Notes under the pieces: generated by a model | Seen by the model: only the letters and a program-made list of their open reading frames with translations | Database searches by the model: none | Told to the model about the DNA's origin: nothing | In this document: positions 50,601 through 60,651 of the stretch, piece after piece | How positions within the stretch are numbered: position 1 is the stretch's first letter | Layout of the letters: each line of letters begins with the position of its first letter | Assembly (NCBI GenBank): GCA_947477885.1 | Contig: CANJUD010000004.1 | Location: forward strand, 36,997-100,996 | Length of the DNA stretch: 64,000 bases | From: Bacteroidota bacterium | Lineage (GTDB): Bacteria > Bacteroidota > Bacteroidia > UKL13-3 | Reading direction: 5' to 3' | Translations under genes and position numbers: made by a program

Positions 50601-50748
50601 TGGGTAAATATATTAACGCAAAAAACGATATTATATTGCAAGAATGGGTAATATAATAATCAACAATAGTAAACTAAAAGGGGAGGGGTGACCTTAAAAA
50701 TGGATATATATACTTGCCCATTTACTCGGCTTTGTCTACATTTGCATC

Positions 50749-51405
50749 ATGATTGTTGAAATGCATCCATATCCTTATTATAGTGATAATTTAAAGCAGA
50801 ATGAGCCGCTTCATTTTTTTATAGCCAATACATTCAAGTCATTTCAAAAGGAATTTGATTTGATGGCCAGTAATTTATTTATGGAGCCTAAAAAACTAGA
50901 AGAGCAAGCATTTGAACAGGTTGATAGTTCGTGGCTGGGTTTGATGAATAGTGCCATAGTAAAGTATTTTGGAGATGATGTAACTTGTCTACAGGAATTT
51001 ACTTCGCTCGATAATAAAGAAAATAAAACCCGATGCGATTTCATGGCTCGTTTATTATATCCAAAAACTCCAATCGATGTTTTATTTGAAGTTAAAACAC
51101 AAGCTGAAACCAAAGAAAATTTAATGCTTGATTTCGGTTTTAAAAATGAAAAAGAGCAACTAAGATTGTATTATAAAGATGCCAGGGCAAATTATTTAAA
51201 AAAGGCATACGCTATGCCTATTTGCTTTGGTGTTCTAGGCAATTCAGAGATGGTAAAAGAGGCAATAAAAACTTATCCCAAAGGCTATAAAGAAAAAAAT
51301 CCACTTACTGATTTTTGTGTGATATATCATAATACAAGAAAAAGTAAAGGCTTGTGGGTATATGGAAAAATCAATATTCCACAAGGAGCAATTGTATATT
51401 CGTAA
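50749..51405 (+). CDS. Hypothetical PD-(D/E)xK-like protein, paralog of 35071-35772
   Basis: Alignable blocks with the island protein: SSWLGLMNSAI vs RAWVGAFNNAI, LQEF, RCDFMARL...VLFEVK vs RADFLVYW...LLFEAK, LTDFCVIY...WVYGKI vs STDFCSLY...WVYGKI. Ends 9 bp before ispE. Confidence 0.55.
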   Translation: MIVEMHPYPYYSDNLKQNEPLHFFIANTFKSFQKEFDLMASNLFMEPKKLEEQAFEQVDSSWLGLMNSAIVKYFGDDVTCLQEFTSLDNKENKTRCDFMARLLYPKTPIDVLFEVKTQAETKENLMLDFGFKNEKEQLRLYYKDARANYLKKAYAMPICFGVLGNSEMVKEAIKTYPKGYKEKNPLTDFCVIYHNTRKSKGLWVYGKINIPQGAIVYS

Positions 51406-51414
51406 ATTAATTTT

Positions 51415-52251
51415 ATGATTGAATTTCCCAATGCAAAAATAAATTTAGGTCTGCGGGTGTTGCATAAACGCCCAGATGGGTACCACGATATTGAAAGTAT
51501 ATTTTTGCCCGTGCCTTGGTGTGATAATTTGGAAATAATACAAAATAAAAGTACGGATAAAATTACTTGGAAGAATTATGGTTTGAATATTCATGGAAAT
51601 CCAAATGATAATTTAATTTCAAAGGCATACAATCTACTCGACAAAGATTTTAGTTTACCTCCAGTCAATATAAATTTATTAAAGCAAATTCCTATGGGAG
51701 CGGGAATGGGCGGAGGCTCTAGCAATGCAGCATTTGCACTTAAAGCATTCAATAATATATTTAATTTAAGTTTAAACGATGCCCAACTTATGCAGTGCGC
51801 ATCTCAATTAGGTGCTGATTGTAGTTTCTTTATTCAAAACAAACCCGCTGCAGTGCATGGTATAGGCGATAAAATTTCTATCATAGATTTTAAATGGCCT
51901 TGCAACTATATATATATAGTTTACCCTCCTTATCATATTAACACCGCAGATGCATATAAAAATATGATACCAAAAGATATATATGATACTACATTAATCG
52001 AATTAATAAAACAACCTATACAAATCTGGAAAGATACTATTTTCAATGATTTTGAGAACTACGCATTTAGTATATATCCAGAAATATTAGCTTTGAAAAA
52101 TAAAATCTATAATAGTGGTGCTTTGTATGCTTCTATGACTGGGAGTGGATCAGCGGTTTATGGTTTTTTTGATAATAAGGAGCATATAGACCTCCCAAAA
52201 AACTATAACTGTAAATGGCTAGAGATAAAGCCCGCTAAGGGACGCAGGTAA
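51415..52251 (+). CDS. ispE: 4-(cytidine 5'-diphospho)-2-C-methyl-D-erythritol kinase
   Basis: FPNAKINLGLRVLHKRPDGYHDIESIF N-terminus. GHMP kinase PMGAGMGGGSSNAA motif. Confidence 0.85.
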   Translation: MIEFPNAKINLGLRVLHKRPDGYHDIESIFLPVPWCDNLEIIQNKSTDKITWKNYGLNIHGNPNDNLISKAYNLLDKDFSLPPVNINLLKQIPMGAGMGGGSSNAAFALKAFNNIFNLSLNDAQLMQCASQLGADCSFFIQNKPAAVHGIGDKISIIDFKWPCNYIYIVYPPYHINTADAYKNMIPKDIYDTTLIELIKQPIQIWKDTIFNDFENYAFSIYPEILALKNKIYNSGALYASMTGSGSAVYGFFDNKEHIDLPKNYNCKWLEIKPAKGRR

Positions 52252-52322
52252 GCTCAATTACCAATGCTGGTTTAGTTAAGGTATTAAGAGGAAGACCCAC
52301 ACCTAAAGAAATAGAGAATCTC

Positions 52323-52919
52323 CTAGTAACAAAATATACAATCCCCATTACTGCTTGGCTTTGCGTATTTTTTCTCACACATCGTGTGCAACTTTTTACT
52401 TATTTCGTAATCAAAACCGCACATCACGCCTGGGGTCAGATTGGTTCCATCGTAATACTTACTGGCATAATATGCACCAGCGTATAGTTTCAATCCATCA
52501 ATCCGAGGTTGATATACAAAATTTTGGAAAATCCACATTCCATTTTTAATAGCAGCGTCGTTTCGCCCCAATTGAATACCAGTAGCAGTTTTTATTCTTT
52601 TGGTTAAAATGAACTCTTTTTGGACATTAATACATATCACCGAACTTGCATAATGCCCATGCTTAATGGAAAAATTGGTTTGGAAGACATTCATGCATAT
52701 TTCAAAACCTTTACCCAAGCCATAATCTAATGTGAGATTAGAAATATGTTGATTATTGAAATTTAACTGTTCCTGAACAAATAATTTATACCTAGTCGTA
52801 ATATCAGATGAAGGAGCATTAAACAAGCTTTGTTGGCTAATAGCAGAATTGTATAATATTAAAAAGTAAATTAAGGCTTGTAAACGCATCAATATAAATT
52901 GGGACAAAGGAAACTCCAA
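52323..52919 (-). CDS. Hypothetical outer-membrane/secreted protein
   Basis: Signal peptide. Alternating hydrophobic pattern and aromatic-rich C-terminal region suggest a small beta-barrel. Confidence 0.4.
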   Translation of the reverse strand: MEFPLSQFILMRLQALIYFLILYNSAISQQSLFNAPSSDITTRYKLFVQEQLNFNNQHISNLTLDYGLGKGFEICMNVFQTNFSIKHGHYASSVICINVQKEFILTKRIKTATGIQLGRNDAAIKNGMWIFQNFVYQPRIDGLKLYAGAYYASKYYDGTNLTPGVMCGFDYEISKKLHTMCEKKYAKPSSNGDCIFCY

Positions 52920-53004
52920 TAAGCTTTGAATTCTTAATTAGCATGCATAAAAAAGCCCAATACAAGAGTATTAGGCTTTAAATATTGTAAATACAATCAG
53001 ATTC

Positions 53005-53397
53005 TTAAATTTTGGTTATTCTTTTTGTTATTTTAGATGCATTACCATTGTTGAAAGTAACAATTTCCATCAAATAAATACCAGATGGCAAATCGCTAAG
53101 GTCTATTTCAAATTTAGGGCTAATGTTGTTCGTTTCTGTAATAAAGGCATTAATCATTTCTTTACCGATAAGGTTTCTAAAATGAATCTCTACCTGAGAA
53201 GTACCAAGCTTGTCGAAATTAATCTCGATATTAATATTTTTCGCAACAGGATTGGGATAATAGTTCATTTTGAAATTAGGCTCCCCAAAAACATCGGCAG
53301 GCTGATTCACATCTACTGGAGATGAAATGGGTTTAACAGCTGCAATAGCATACTGAAGGTTAAAAGCAATAAAAATAATAAGTAGAATTTGTTTCAT
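53005..53397 (-). CDS. Small T9SS C-terminal sorting-domain (Por secretion tail) protein
   Basis: Signal peptide. C-terminal LSDLPSGIYLMEIVTFNNGNASKITKRITKI is typical of the TIGR04183 T9SS CTD. Confidence 0.65.
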   Translation of the reverse strand: MKQILLIIFIAFNLQYAIAAVKPISSPVDVNQPADVFGEPNFKMNYYPNPVAKNINIEINFDKLGTSQVEIHFRNLIGKEMINAFITETNNISPKFEIDLSDLPSGIYLMEIVTFNNGNASKITKRITKI

Positions 53398-53439
53398 GTG
53401 TTTTTAGGTTGATATTTACAAAACTAAGTGATGTTTGAT

Positions 53440-54426
53440 TTAGTTACCAAATTTATTTTCGTTGTTAACATTTATTGATGCCCTTCGAAGTCTGTCGTTT
53501 ATTGCTAATCCTATGCCAAAGCTTGGAGCAGGTTCAGCAAATATTTTATCCACTTCCATGCTGTCTATTTTTCTGAGCATCTCAAAAAGGTTCTTTGCAG
53601 CCTCTTCTAAATTGCCTGACTTGCTAAGTATAAATTGGGTTGCTTCAGGTACAAATATTTTATAATTTTGGAAATTAAGCAATACATTATTGGGAGAATT
53701 TCTTACACCTGATTCTAAGGTTATTTCGCCAAAAATTAAAGTTGTTTTTGGTGCGTAATGACTACTTAGCATGCCCGGAGCAATAATATTTTCAAATGGC
53801 GCAATAGTTGGAGTTCTAATTATATCAATGTAGTTAGAAATTTGCTCTTGCGTAATAGCTCCAAATCTGAGAATTTCAGCCTGCTTGTCCACAAATGAAA
53901 CAATTGTAGATTCTAATCCAATCTTACATGGCCCTCCATCTAATATATAACTAATCTTGTCACCTAAATTTTCTTGTACATGCTCTGCTTTGGTCGGACT
54001 TATATACCCTGATGGGTTAGCACTGGGCGCAGCTAAAGGGAAATCTAGCAACTCTAATAATTGTAGGGTAACAGGATGATTGGGAACCCGTAAGGCAACT
54101 GATGAATGCCCTGCTGTTGTTAGGTCAGGAACAATTGCTTGTTTGGGTAAAACCAATGTAATAGGGCCTGGCCAAAAAGTCTCAGCTAATATTTTTGCTC
54201 CGTGTGGGATATCCTTGGCGAATCTTTGCATTTGTGCAGCATTTGCCAAGTGCAAAATCAAAGGATTAAAACTGGGTCGTTGTTTTATTTCATATATTTT
54301 GGCTACAGCATCCGTATTTAATGCATTTGCGGCAAGACCATACACTGTTTCAGTTGGGATAGCTACAACTCCGCCATTCCTCAATATTTCGGCAGCAAGC
54401 TCAATATCATGACCGATCTCGGCCAT
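53440..54426 (-). CDS. L-threonylcarbamoyladenylate synthase (Sua5/TsaC long form)
   Basis: YrdC core (VAIPTETVYGLAANA) plus C-terminal Sua5 domain. Confidence 0.85.
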   Translation of the reverse strand: MAEIGHDIELAAEILRNGGVVAIPTETVYGLAANALNTDAVAKIYEIKQRPSFNPLILHLANAAQMQRFAKDIPHGAKILAETFWPGPITLVLPKQAIVPDLTTAGHSSVALRVPNHPVTLQLLELLDFPLAAPSANPSGYISPTKAEHVQENLGDKISYILDGGPCKIGLESTIVSFVDKQAEILRFGAITQEQISNYIDIIRTPTIAPFENIIAPGMLSSHYAPKTTLIFGEITLESGVRNSPNNVLLNFQNYKIFVPEATQFILSKSGNLEEAAKNLFEMLRKIDSMEVDKIFAEPAPSFGIGLAINDRLRRASINVNNENKFGN

Positions 54427-55431
54427 TTAAAAGAAACATTCACAATTAAGTCGTTCAGAGAATGCCAAGTAAATAATCTCACTAATTAATTTCCAATCAT
54501 CTGGCTTTAATATTTTTTCTAAATCTTCTTTCTTTATCCAATACATTTCATCTACAAACGCATTTTCACTTCCAATACCGGTTGGGTCGTATAATGGACT
54601 AATTGCAAAAAGCATGGTGTTAATGCTTCCGGTTAGAGGGTCATTTACTATTTTTATGATAAATCCAAAACCCATCAGTGAATCAGTAATAAAAGGTATT
54701 TGATAAGCAGAGTCATAATCAAATTCAGGATTGCTAGGATCTGGTTTAATACGGATATTGCGAATCATTTGAAAACGGGATTTTACATCAGCACCAATCA
54801 ACTTATTAGTAAACTCTATATTTTCCCAAATCGTCGCACGATCAGATATTGCAGCATTATAAAGCTCAGGGCCAAATGCTTTATATTTTTTCCAACGGTC
54901 TGCAAACATTGAACTAATCGTTACGATATCTTTGGTCCCGCTTGTGAAATTTTCTATAGTTTTCCATTCATATTCTCCCAATAAAGCGTTGAACTGCCCA
55001 GCATTCACATAGCCTAGCAACAGCATATTGTCTTCACCATCTTTGGGGCGTTTATAATACCAAGCATATAAGGTAGGATTTACTCTTTTAAAACCCCATA
55101 ACCAAGTACCTTCAAAAGTTACCATCTCTGTGGTATCGCAGGTCTTATATATTTTCTCTTTTTCAAAATATACATCTTTGGTTACCTTAATACTATATTG
55201 TCCTATTTTTTTTAATTCAGCAGGTGTATATGTTTTTTGCAATTTATCGTCTTTATATACATAAATTTTATTCTGACTTATCGCATTATAAGTTTTTAAT
55301 GATATAGATTTAAATATACCCGAATAAAATCGATGAATGGCACGTTTAGAAGCTTGTACTACAATTTGGTCTTGTGCATTTAAGTTAATTGTAACAGCAA
55401 TGAGAAGAGATAAAATAATATTTTTTTTCAT
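54427..55431 (-). CDS. Hypothetical secreted protein
   Basis: 334 aa, signal peptide. No diagnostic motif. Confidence 0.45.
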   Translation of the reverse strand: MKKNIILSLLIAVTINLNAQDQIVVQASKRAIHRFYSGIFKSISLKTYNAISQNKIYVYKDDKLQKTYTPAELKKIGQYSIKVTKDVYFEKEKIYKTCDTTEMVTFEGTWLWGFKRVNPTLYAWYYKRPKDGEDNMLLLGYVNAGQFNALLGEYEWKTIENFTSGTKDIVTISSMFADRWKKYKAFGPELYNAAISDRATIWENIEFTNKLIGADVKSRFQMIRNIRIKPDPSNPEFDYDSAYQIPFITDSLMGFGFIIKIVNDPLTGSINTMLFAISPLYDPTGIGSENAFVDEMYWIKKEDLEKILKPDDWKLISEIIYLAFSERLNCECFF

Positions 55432-55437
55432 AATAAT

Positions 55438-56418
55438 TTAGATATGATGTTGGATCGCTTCTTCCAATAATTGTTCCTTTTTAATTGGCACAACACCCAA
55501 ATACTCGCAAACTAAACCACCAGCAAGATTTGACAATTGAACCACACGATCCACCGGTAAATTTAATGCCAAGCAAAGTGAAGCTACACTAATTACTGTA
55601 TCTCCAGCACCGGAAACGTCGGCAATAGTGCGTAAATGGGCAGGAATAATACTTCGTTGCCCGTTTAAACTATAATATACACCATGCTCACTTAATGTGA
55701 TCATTGAGATTTGATGTGGCATTTGTTCTTGCAGATGCTTAATAGCACTGTGTATAGAATCACCATCTGGTTTTATGGAGATTGTTTTTAGGCCATCAGC
55801 TAATTCTTTTAAATTGGGTTTAAACAGCGATACGCCTTTGTATGAAAGGAAATTACGTTTTTTAGGGTCGGCTACTGTGGGTATATTATATTTTTCGCTT
55901 AAGTTGATAATTTCCTCAATTACTCTCTGTGTAATTACACCTTTATCATAGTCTGAAAATATAACCACATTGGCTTGAGGGAGCAGTTTCGTTACTTTCT
56001 CAAGTAATTGGTTTTCTTCATCAGTATTCAGTAAATCTGTTATTTCCTGATCTATTCGAAGCATTTGGTGATTATTACCAATTACCCTGGTCTTTACAGT
56101 TGTCTGCCGGTCGGTTGATGAAACAATACCAGTATCAGCAAGTCCGTTTTCTTTTAATAGGTATTTAAATATTTGAGCATCGTTATCATTACCAATTACA
56201 GAGCAAAGCAGGGGAGTAGCCCCTAATGATTTAATATTGAGTGCCACATTGGCTGCTCCGCCCATCCTGTTTTCTTTTTTGTTAAGCGTAACAACAGGTA
56301 CAGGTGCTTCTGGAGAAATTCGGTCAACTTTGCCCAAATAGTAGGCGTCAATCATCACATCGCCAACAATTAGGGCTTTTAAATTGGTAAAGTCTTCGAA
56401 TATTTGATTGATTTCCAT
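55438..56418 (-). CDS. D-glycero-beta-D-manno-heptose-7-phosphate kinase (RfaE/HldE domain I; PfkB family)
   Basis: IVGDVMIDAYYLGKVDRISPEAPVPVV and VSGAGDTVISV align with HldE domain I. Confidence 0.8.
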   Translation of the reverse strand: MEINQIFEDFTNLKALIVGDVMIDAYYLGKVDRISPEAPVPVVTLNKKENRMGGAANVALNIKSLGATPLLCSVIGNDNDAQIFKYLLKENGLADTGIVSSTDRQTTVKTRVIGNNHQMLRIDQEITDLLNTDEENQLLEKVTKLLPQANVVIFSDYDKGVITQRVIEEIINLSEKYNIPTVADPKKRNFLSYKGVSLFKPNLKELADGLKTISIKPDGDSIHSAIKHLQEQMPHQISMITLSEHGVYYSLNGQRSIIPAHLRTIADVSGAGDTVISVASLCLALNLPVDRVVQLSNLAGGLVCEYLGVVPIKKEQLLEEAIQHHI

Positions 56419-56426
56419 TTCGTTTT

Positions 56427-57620
56427 TTAATGCAATTTTGCTAAAGCTGTCTTAAGACGTTCAACGGCTTCAATTAGTTTCTCATCGGCTGCTGCATAGC
56501 TAAATCTTAAGCAATTTGCATCGCCAAATGCATCACCTGATACCAAGCTAACATAAGCATTATTTAGCAGATACATACATAAATCTTCGCTGTTAGTGAT
56601 ATGGTTTGTACCATCAGTTTTACCAAAAAAATCCCTCACATTTGGAAACAGATAAAATGCTCCACCAGGGATATTGGTTTTCATGCCGGGTATTTGTTTC
56701 ATCATGTCCAACACCAAATTACGCCTACGCAAATAAGCATCTCGCATGTCCCAAGTGGGTTGCAAATTGCTATTAAGTGCTGCAATTGATGCTCGCTGCG
56801 CAATAGAACAAGCCCCACTGGTAAATTGGCCTTGCATTTTCTCGCAACTTTGAGCTATAAGTTTACTGGCACCGATATAACCAATTCGCCAACCAGTCAT
56901 GGCAAATCCTTTGGAAACTCCATTTACAGTAATTACACGTTCAAATATTGATTCAAATTGAGCGATGCTTTCATGTTTACCCACAAAATTAATGTGTTCA
57001 TATATTTCATCCGATATGATATATATATCGGGATATCGAGCAAATACTTCTGCGAGTGCGGCTAGTTCTTCTTTAGTATATAAGCTCCCAGTAGGATTGC
57101 AGGGCGAGGAAAAAATAAACAAGCTAGTTTTGGGTGTAATAGCTGCTTCTAATTGCGCAGGTGTAATCTTAAAATCATTCTCAACCGAAGTCTGAATATG
57201 AATAGGGTTGCCTTCAGCTAGTCTTACCATCGCGCCATAACTTACCCAGTATGGATTTGGAATGATAACTTCATCACCAGGATTCACAGTGCATAGCACC
57301 ACGTTCATAATACTATGTTTAGCACCAACACTCACCACTATCTGATCGGTAGGATAATTTAGATTGTTTTCCCTCGCAAATTTATCTGAAATGGCTTGTC
57401 TAAGTTCAGGATAGCCAGCTACTGGAGTGTATAATGTAAAACCTTCATCAATAGCAGCCTTTGCAGCATCTTTAATATGCTGCGGGGTTTGAAAATCAGG
57501 CTCTCCGAAACTTAGATTAATTACGTCATGCCCTTTGGCAGCAAGCTCGCGGCCCAACTTGGCCATGCCTATGGTTTGTGATTCGTTGAAACGGTTGAGT
57601 CTGTTGGCTAAGTGCAGCAT
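56427..57620 (-). CDS. Pyridoxal-phosphate-dependent aminotransferase (class I, aspartate aminotransferase-like)
   Basis: 397 aa. PLP-Lys region (SKGFAMTGWRIGY), class-I aminotransferase fold. Confidence 0.85.
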   Translation of the reverse strand: MLHLANRLNRFNESQTIGMAKLGRELAAKGHDVINLSFGEPDFQTPQHIKDAAKAAIDEGFTLYTPVAGYPELRQAISDKFARENNLNYPTDQIVVSVGAKHSIMNVVLCTVNPGDEVIIPNPYWVSYGAMVRLAEGNPIHIQTSVENDFKITPAQLEAAITPKTSLFIFSSPCNPTGSLYTKEELAALAEVFARYPDIYIISDEIYEHINFVGKHESIAQFESIFERVITVNGVSKGFAMTGWRIGYIGASKLIAQSCEKMQGQFTSGACSIAQRASIAALNSNLQPTWDMRDAYLRRRNLVLDMMKQIPGMKTNIPGGAFYLFPNVRDFFGKTDGTNHITNSEDLCMYLLNNAYVSLVSGDAFGDANCLRFSYAAADEKLIEAVERLKTALAKLH

Positions 57621-57701
57621 ATAATTGTATAAAAGGCTGCGAAGATACGGATAGTGTTATTTTGAATAATAAATTTTGTTCACTGATGTCCAATTAAATT
57701 G

Positions 57702-58436
57702 TCACACCAAATCGTGCTGCTCATCTGAAAACATCAAATGATTTGCCTGAATATCTTCCATTAATTTTTTCTCCATTACCAGATTATATACAAATTCCAT
57801 TTGTTGCTCTTTAGTCCAATGTGAATTATCCAAAACTATTGCATCATCGGCTTGCTGAAGCGGGCTTTCTTTGCGGGAAGAATCTATATGGTCGCGCTCG
57901 CTCAAATTTTGTTTTACTTCATCCATAGTTACATCTTCGCCTTTGGCCTGTAACTCTTTATAACGCCTTTGTGCACGTATTTCAGGGTTTGCTGTCATAA
58001 ATATTTTTAGTTCAGCATTTGGGAAAACAGCAGTGCCAATATCGCGACCATCCATTACAATCGCTTTCGATTTGCTCATTTGTTTTTGAAGGGCTACCAT
58101 GGCATTGCGAACTTCTTTTATTGTGCTAACATTACTCACATGCATCGAAACATTCATTCCTCTGATTTTGTCTTCCACATTTTCGCCATTTAAATAGGTA
58201 TCACTGTTTTTTGATTCTGTATTAAAATGAAATTCAATATGAATATTTGATAATTCTGCTAAAACTATTTCAGGCTTAGTATAATCCAAATGTTTGCTCA
58301 TGAAATGAAAAGTAACAGCTCTATACATAGCTCCAGAATCAATATAGCGATAATGAAGTTTTTTAGCCAAGTCTTTGGCCATGGTGCTTTTACCGCAACT
58401 AGAAAAGCCATCAATTGCTATGATTATTTTACGCAT
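57702..58436 (-). CDS. cmk: (d)CMP kinase
   Basis: P-loop IIAIDGFSSCGKSTMAK. Cytidylate kinase blocks (SGAMYRAV, MDGRDIGTAV). Confidence 0.85.
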   Translation of the reverse strand: MRKIIIAIDGFSSCGKSTMAKDLAKKLHYRYIDSGAMYRAVTFHFMSKHLDYTKPEIVLAELSNIHIEFHFNTESKNSDTYLNGENVEDKIRGMNVSMHVSNVSTIKEVRNAMVALQKQMSKSKAIVMDGRDIGTAVFPNAELKIFMTANPEIRAQRRYKELQAKGEDVTMDEVKQNLSERDHIDSSRKESPLQQADDAIVLDNSHWTKEQQMEFVYNLVMEKKLMEDIQANHLMFSDEQHDLV

Positions 58437-58659
58437 AGATTTCACTTCAAAATTGAGCAAATTATTTTATAAAAGCAAACATTATTTTTTAAGCATACAA
58501 TGCATAAATACAGAAGCGGTTATGTTAATCGTGACTCAATGATTAAATATAAGTAATTATGAATCAATAATAAATGCAATATATTCCCACTCATAATTTA
58601 TATTATGTTAAGTTGTCAATCGAACTTACAACTGATCATCTTAAATGTTTATACTTTAT

Positions 58660-59295
58660 TTAGTTGGTTGGAACATGCACCCCATCAGTATATCTTGTAG
58701 TAGTAGCAATCTTAGGTTCAAGCACTCTCCCTATCCCAACAAATCGTTGGCGATACCAAGCTTGATCTAGAGAATCTAATCGAATACCGATATTGCTGGC
58801 TGAATGTATAAACCAAATTTTTCCACCGTCAGTCGATGCGACAATTCCGCTGTGGCTTATATAGTAGCTTCGGGTTCTTTTATTGTAATATCCGAAATAT
58901 ATAATATCACCTTTTTGAGCAGTTTCATTAGTTTGGGGAATACTCACTTTTCTTTGCTGCCCTGCCTCATGTGGCAATTTGTATCCAAAGCGTTTAAAGC
59001 AATATAATACGAATCCTGAACAGTCAAATCCCCTTGCATCTGCACCTCCATATCGGTATCTAATTCCTAAATGACTTTTGGCGAAACTGTATAAACTATC
59101 GCCCGTTGTTGAATCGTTAGGGCTGTAAATATTTTTAGTAACGGAATTCGTATCTGAGAATGCGCGAACTGTAACCTTATGATTTACTTTACGTTTTTGA
59201 TAAGTCTTTTTGTGTTTTTTGCTTTGTGCATTACCTACAAAAGCAAGTGATAAAGCAAATAAAAATAATATTATATTCTTAACTTTTTTGTTCAT
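58660..59295 (-). CDS. NlpC/P60 (C40) family peptidase, secreted
   Basis: Signal peptide. Catalytic Cys (FDCSGFVLYCF) and His (HSGIV). Confidence 0.8.
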   Translation of the reverse strand: MNKKVKNIILFLFALSLAFVGNAQSKKHKKTYQKRKVNHKVTVRAFSDTNSVTKNIYSPNDSTTGDSLYSFAKSHLGIRYRYGGADARGFDCSGFVLYCFKRFGYKLPHEAGQQRKVSIPQTNETAQKGDIIYFGYYNKRTRSYYISHSGIVASTDGGKIWFIHSASNIGIRLDSLDQAWYRQRFVGIGRVLEPKIATTTRYTDGVHVPTN

Positions 59296-59377
59296 TTATT
59301 AATTCCCGTGCAAAGATAGAGCTAAATATCAAACAAATAGAAACCAAGTGTTTGCAAACAAAAAAATAGACTCCGCA

Positions 59378-60256
59378 ATGACAGATTTTCCCTTATTTGG
59401 ACTATCTTTGCCGTTCATTTTGAAACGGGTACCCCAAAATATTAATGTGTTAGTTTTGTGTTTCTTATTGTTGGCTGCCTCGTGCAAAACAGAATACAGC
59501 CGCATTAGCAAAGACCCTGACATGCAAAAAAAGTTGGAATTTGCGCATAAATACTACAAAGAAAAAGAGTTTGAAAAAGCGATGGTATTGTTCGACCAAG
59601 TGTCGGCCTTTATTACGGGACAAAAAGAGCAAGAGGAAATACAATTTTACATTGCCTATTGTAATTACAATATGGGCAATTACGATTTGGCATCCTACCT
59701 TTTTAAATCATATCACGAAAACTACCCAAGTTCAAAAAATGCTGAAGAATGTTATTATATGTATGCTTATAGCCATTATATATCTTCTCAAGGATCTGAA
59801 TTGGACCCAACCAATAACTATAAAGCTATAGAAGAATTGCAATCGTTTATAAATATATATCCGGATAGTAAACATGTTGAAGAATCGAACAAATGCATTG
59901 ATAAGTTGCGCAGTATTATGGCGACAAAGGCTTACAATAATGCGAAACTGTACTATAAAATAGAAGACTACAAAGCTGCCATTGTTGCAATTAGAAATGC
60001 GATTAAAGCCTGGCCTGATATTGAACAGCGGGAAGAAATGGAATACCTAGTAGTGAAATCGTATTACCTCTTAGCATTGAACAGTGCTGAGTATTCTGAA
60101 GAAGATGGAAAAATTAAAAAGATAAAATTGGAACGCTACCAAAGTATGATAGAAGCTTATTTATTGTTTAAAGAAATTTACAAGGAAAGCAACTACATGG
60201 ATGAACTGATAAGCTATTATAATAAAACTCAAAAAGAAATAAAAAAACTAAGTTAA
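59378..60256 (+). CDS. bamD: Outer membrane protein assembly factor BamD (TPR lipoprotein)
   Basis: Lipobox LLAASC, TPR-like repeats. Conserved bamD-rpoZ-coaBC synteny. Confidence 0.65.
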   Translation: MTDFPLFGLSLPFILKRVPQNINVLVLCFLLLAASCKTEYSRISKDPDMQKKLEFAHKYYKEKEFEKAMVLFDQVSAFITGQKEQEEIQFYIAYCNYNMGNYDLASYLFKSYHENYPSSKNAEECYYMYAYSHYISSQGSELDPTNNYKAIEELQSFINIYPDSKHVEESNKCIDKLRSIMATKAYNNAKLYYKIEDYKAAIVAIRNAIKAWPDIEQREEMEYLVVKSYYLLALNSAEYSEEDGKIKKIKLERYQSMIEAYLLFKEIYKESNYMDELISYYNKTQKEIKKLS

Positions 60257-60268
60257 TACATTTTAATT

Positions 60269-60598
60269 ATGCCAAACCCAAACAAGAACGTAACAACCAC
60301 TACAATTCCTCGCGATTTACGAAGCATGGAAGAAGCCACAGGCAATCTTTACGAGAGCATTGTGATTATTTCTAAACGTGCCAATCAAATTGCTGCTCAA
60401 ACCAAAGAAGAAATCCACACAAAAATTTCTTCATTCCACCACGATAGTGATACTTTAGAAGAAGTATTTGAAAATCGCGAACAAATTGAAATGTCTATGA
60501 CTTATGAAAGACAACCCAAGCCCACTTTGGTTGCCATTGAAGAGTTCTTAGATAAAAAAGTTTATCACCGCAACCCTCTCAGAGATACGCAAGAGTAA
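60269..60598 (+). CDS. rpoZ: DNA-directed RNA polymerase subunit omega-like protein
   Basis: 109 aa. ESIVIISKRANQIAAQ is an RpoZ-like helix. Position between bamD and coaBC. Confidence 0.55.
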   Translation: MPNPNKNVTTTTIPRDLRSMEEATGNLYESIVIISKRANQIAAQTKEEIHTKISSFHHDSDTLEEVFENREQIEMSMTYERQPKPTLVAIEEFLDKKVYHRNPLRDTQE

Positions 60599-60651
60599 AA
60601 ATTATTATAATATTAAAGGGGCTCAGCAACACGGGCCTCTTTTTTTGTTAA

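Noticed and set aside
54427-55431. Possible GldN/PorN assignment for the 334-aa secreted protein
   Set aside because: There is no gldK/L/M context and no motif I could verify from sequence. Left as hypothetical.
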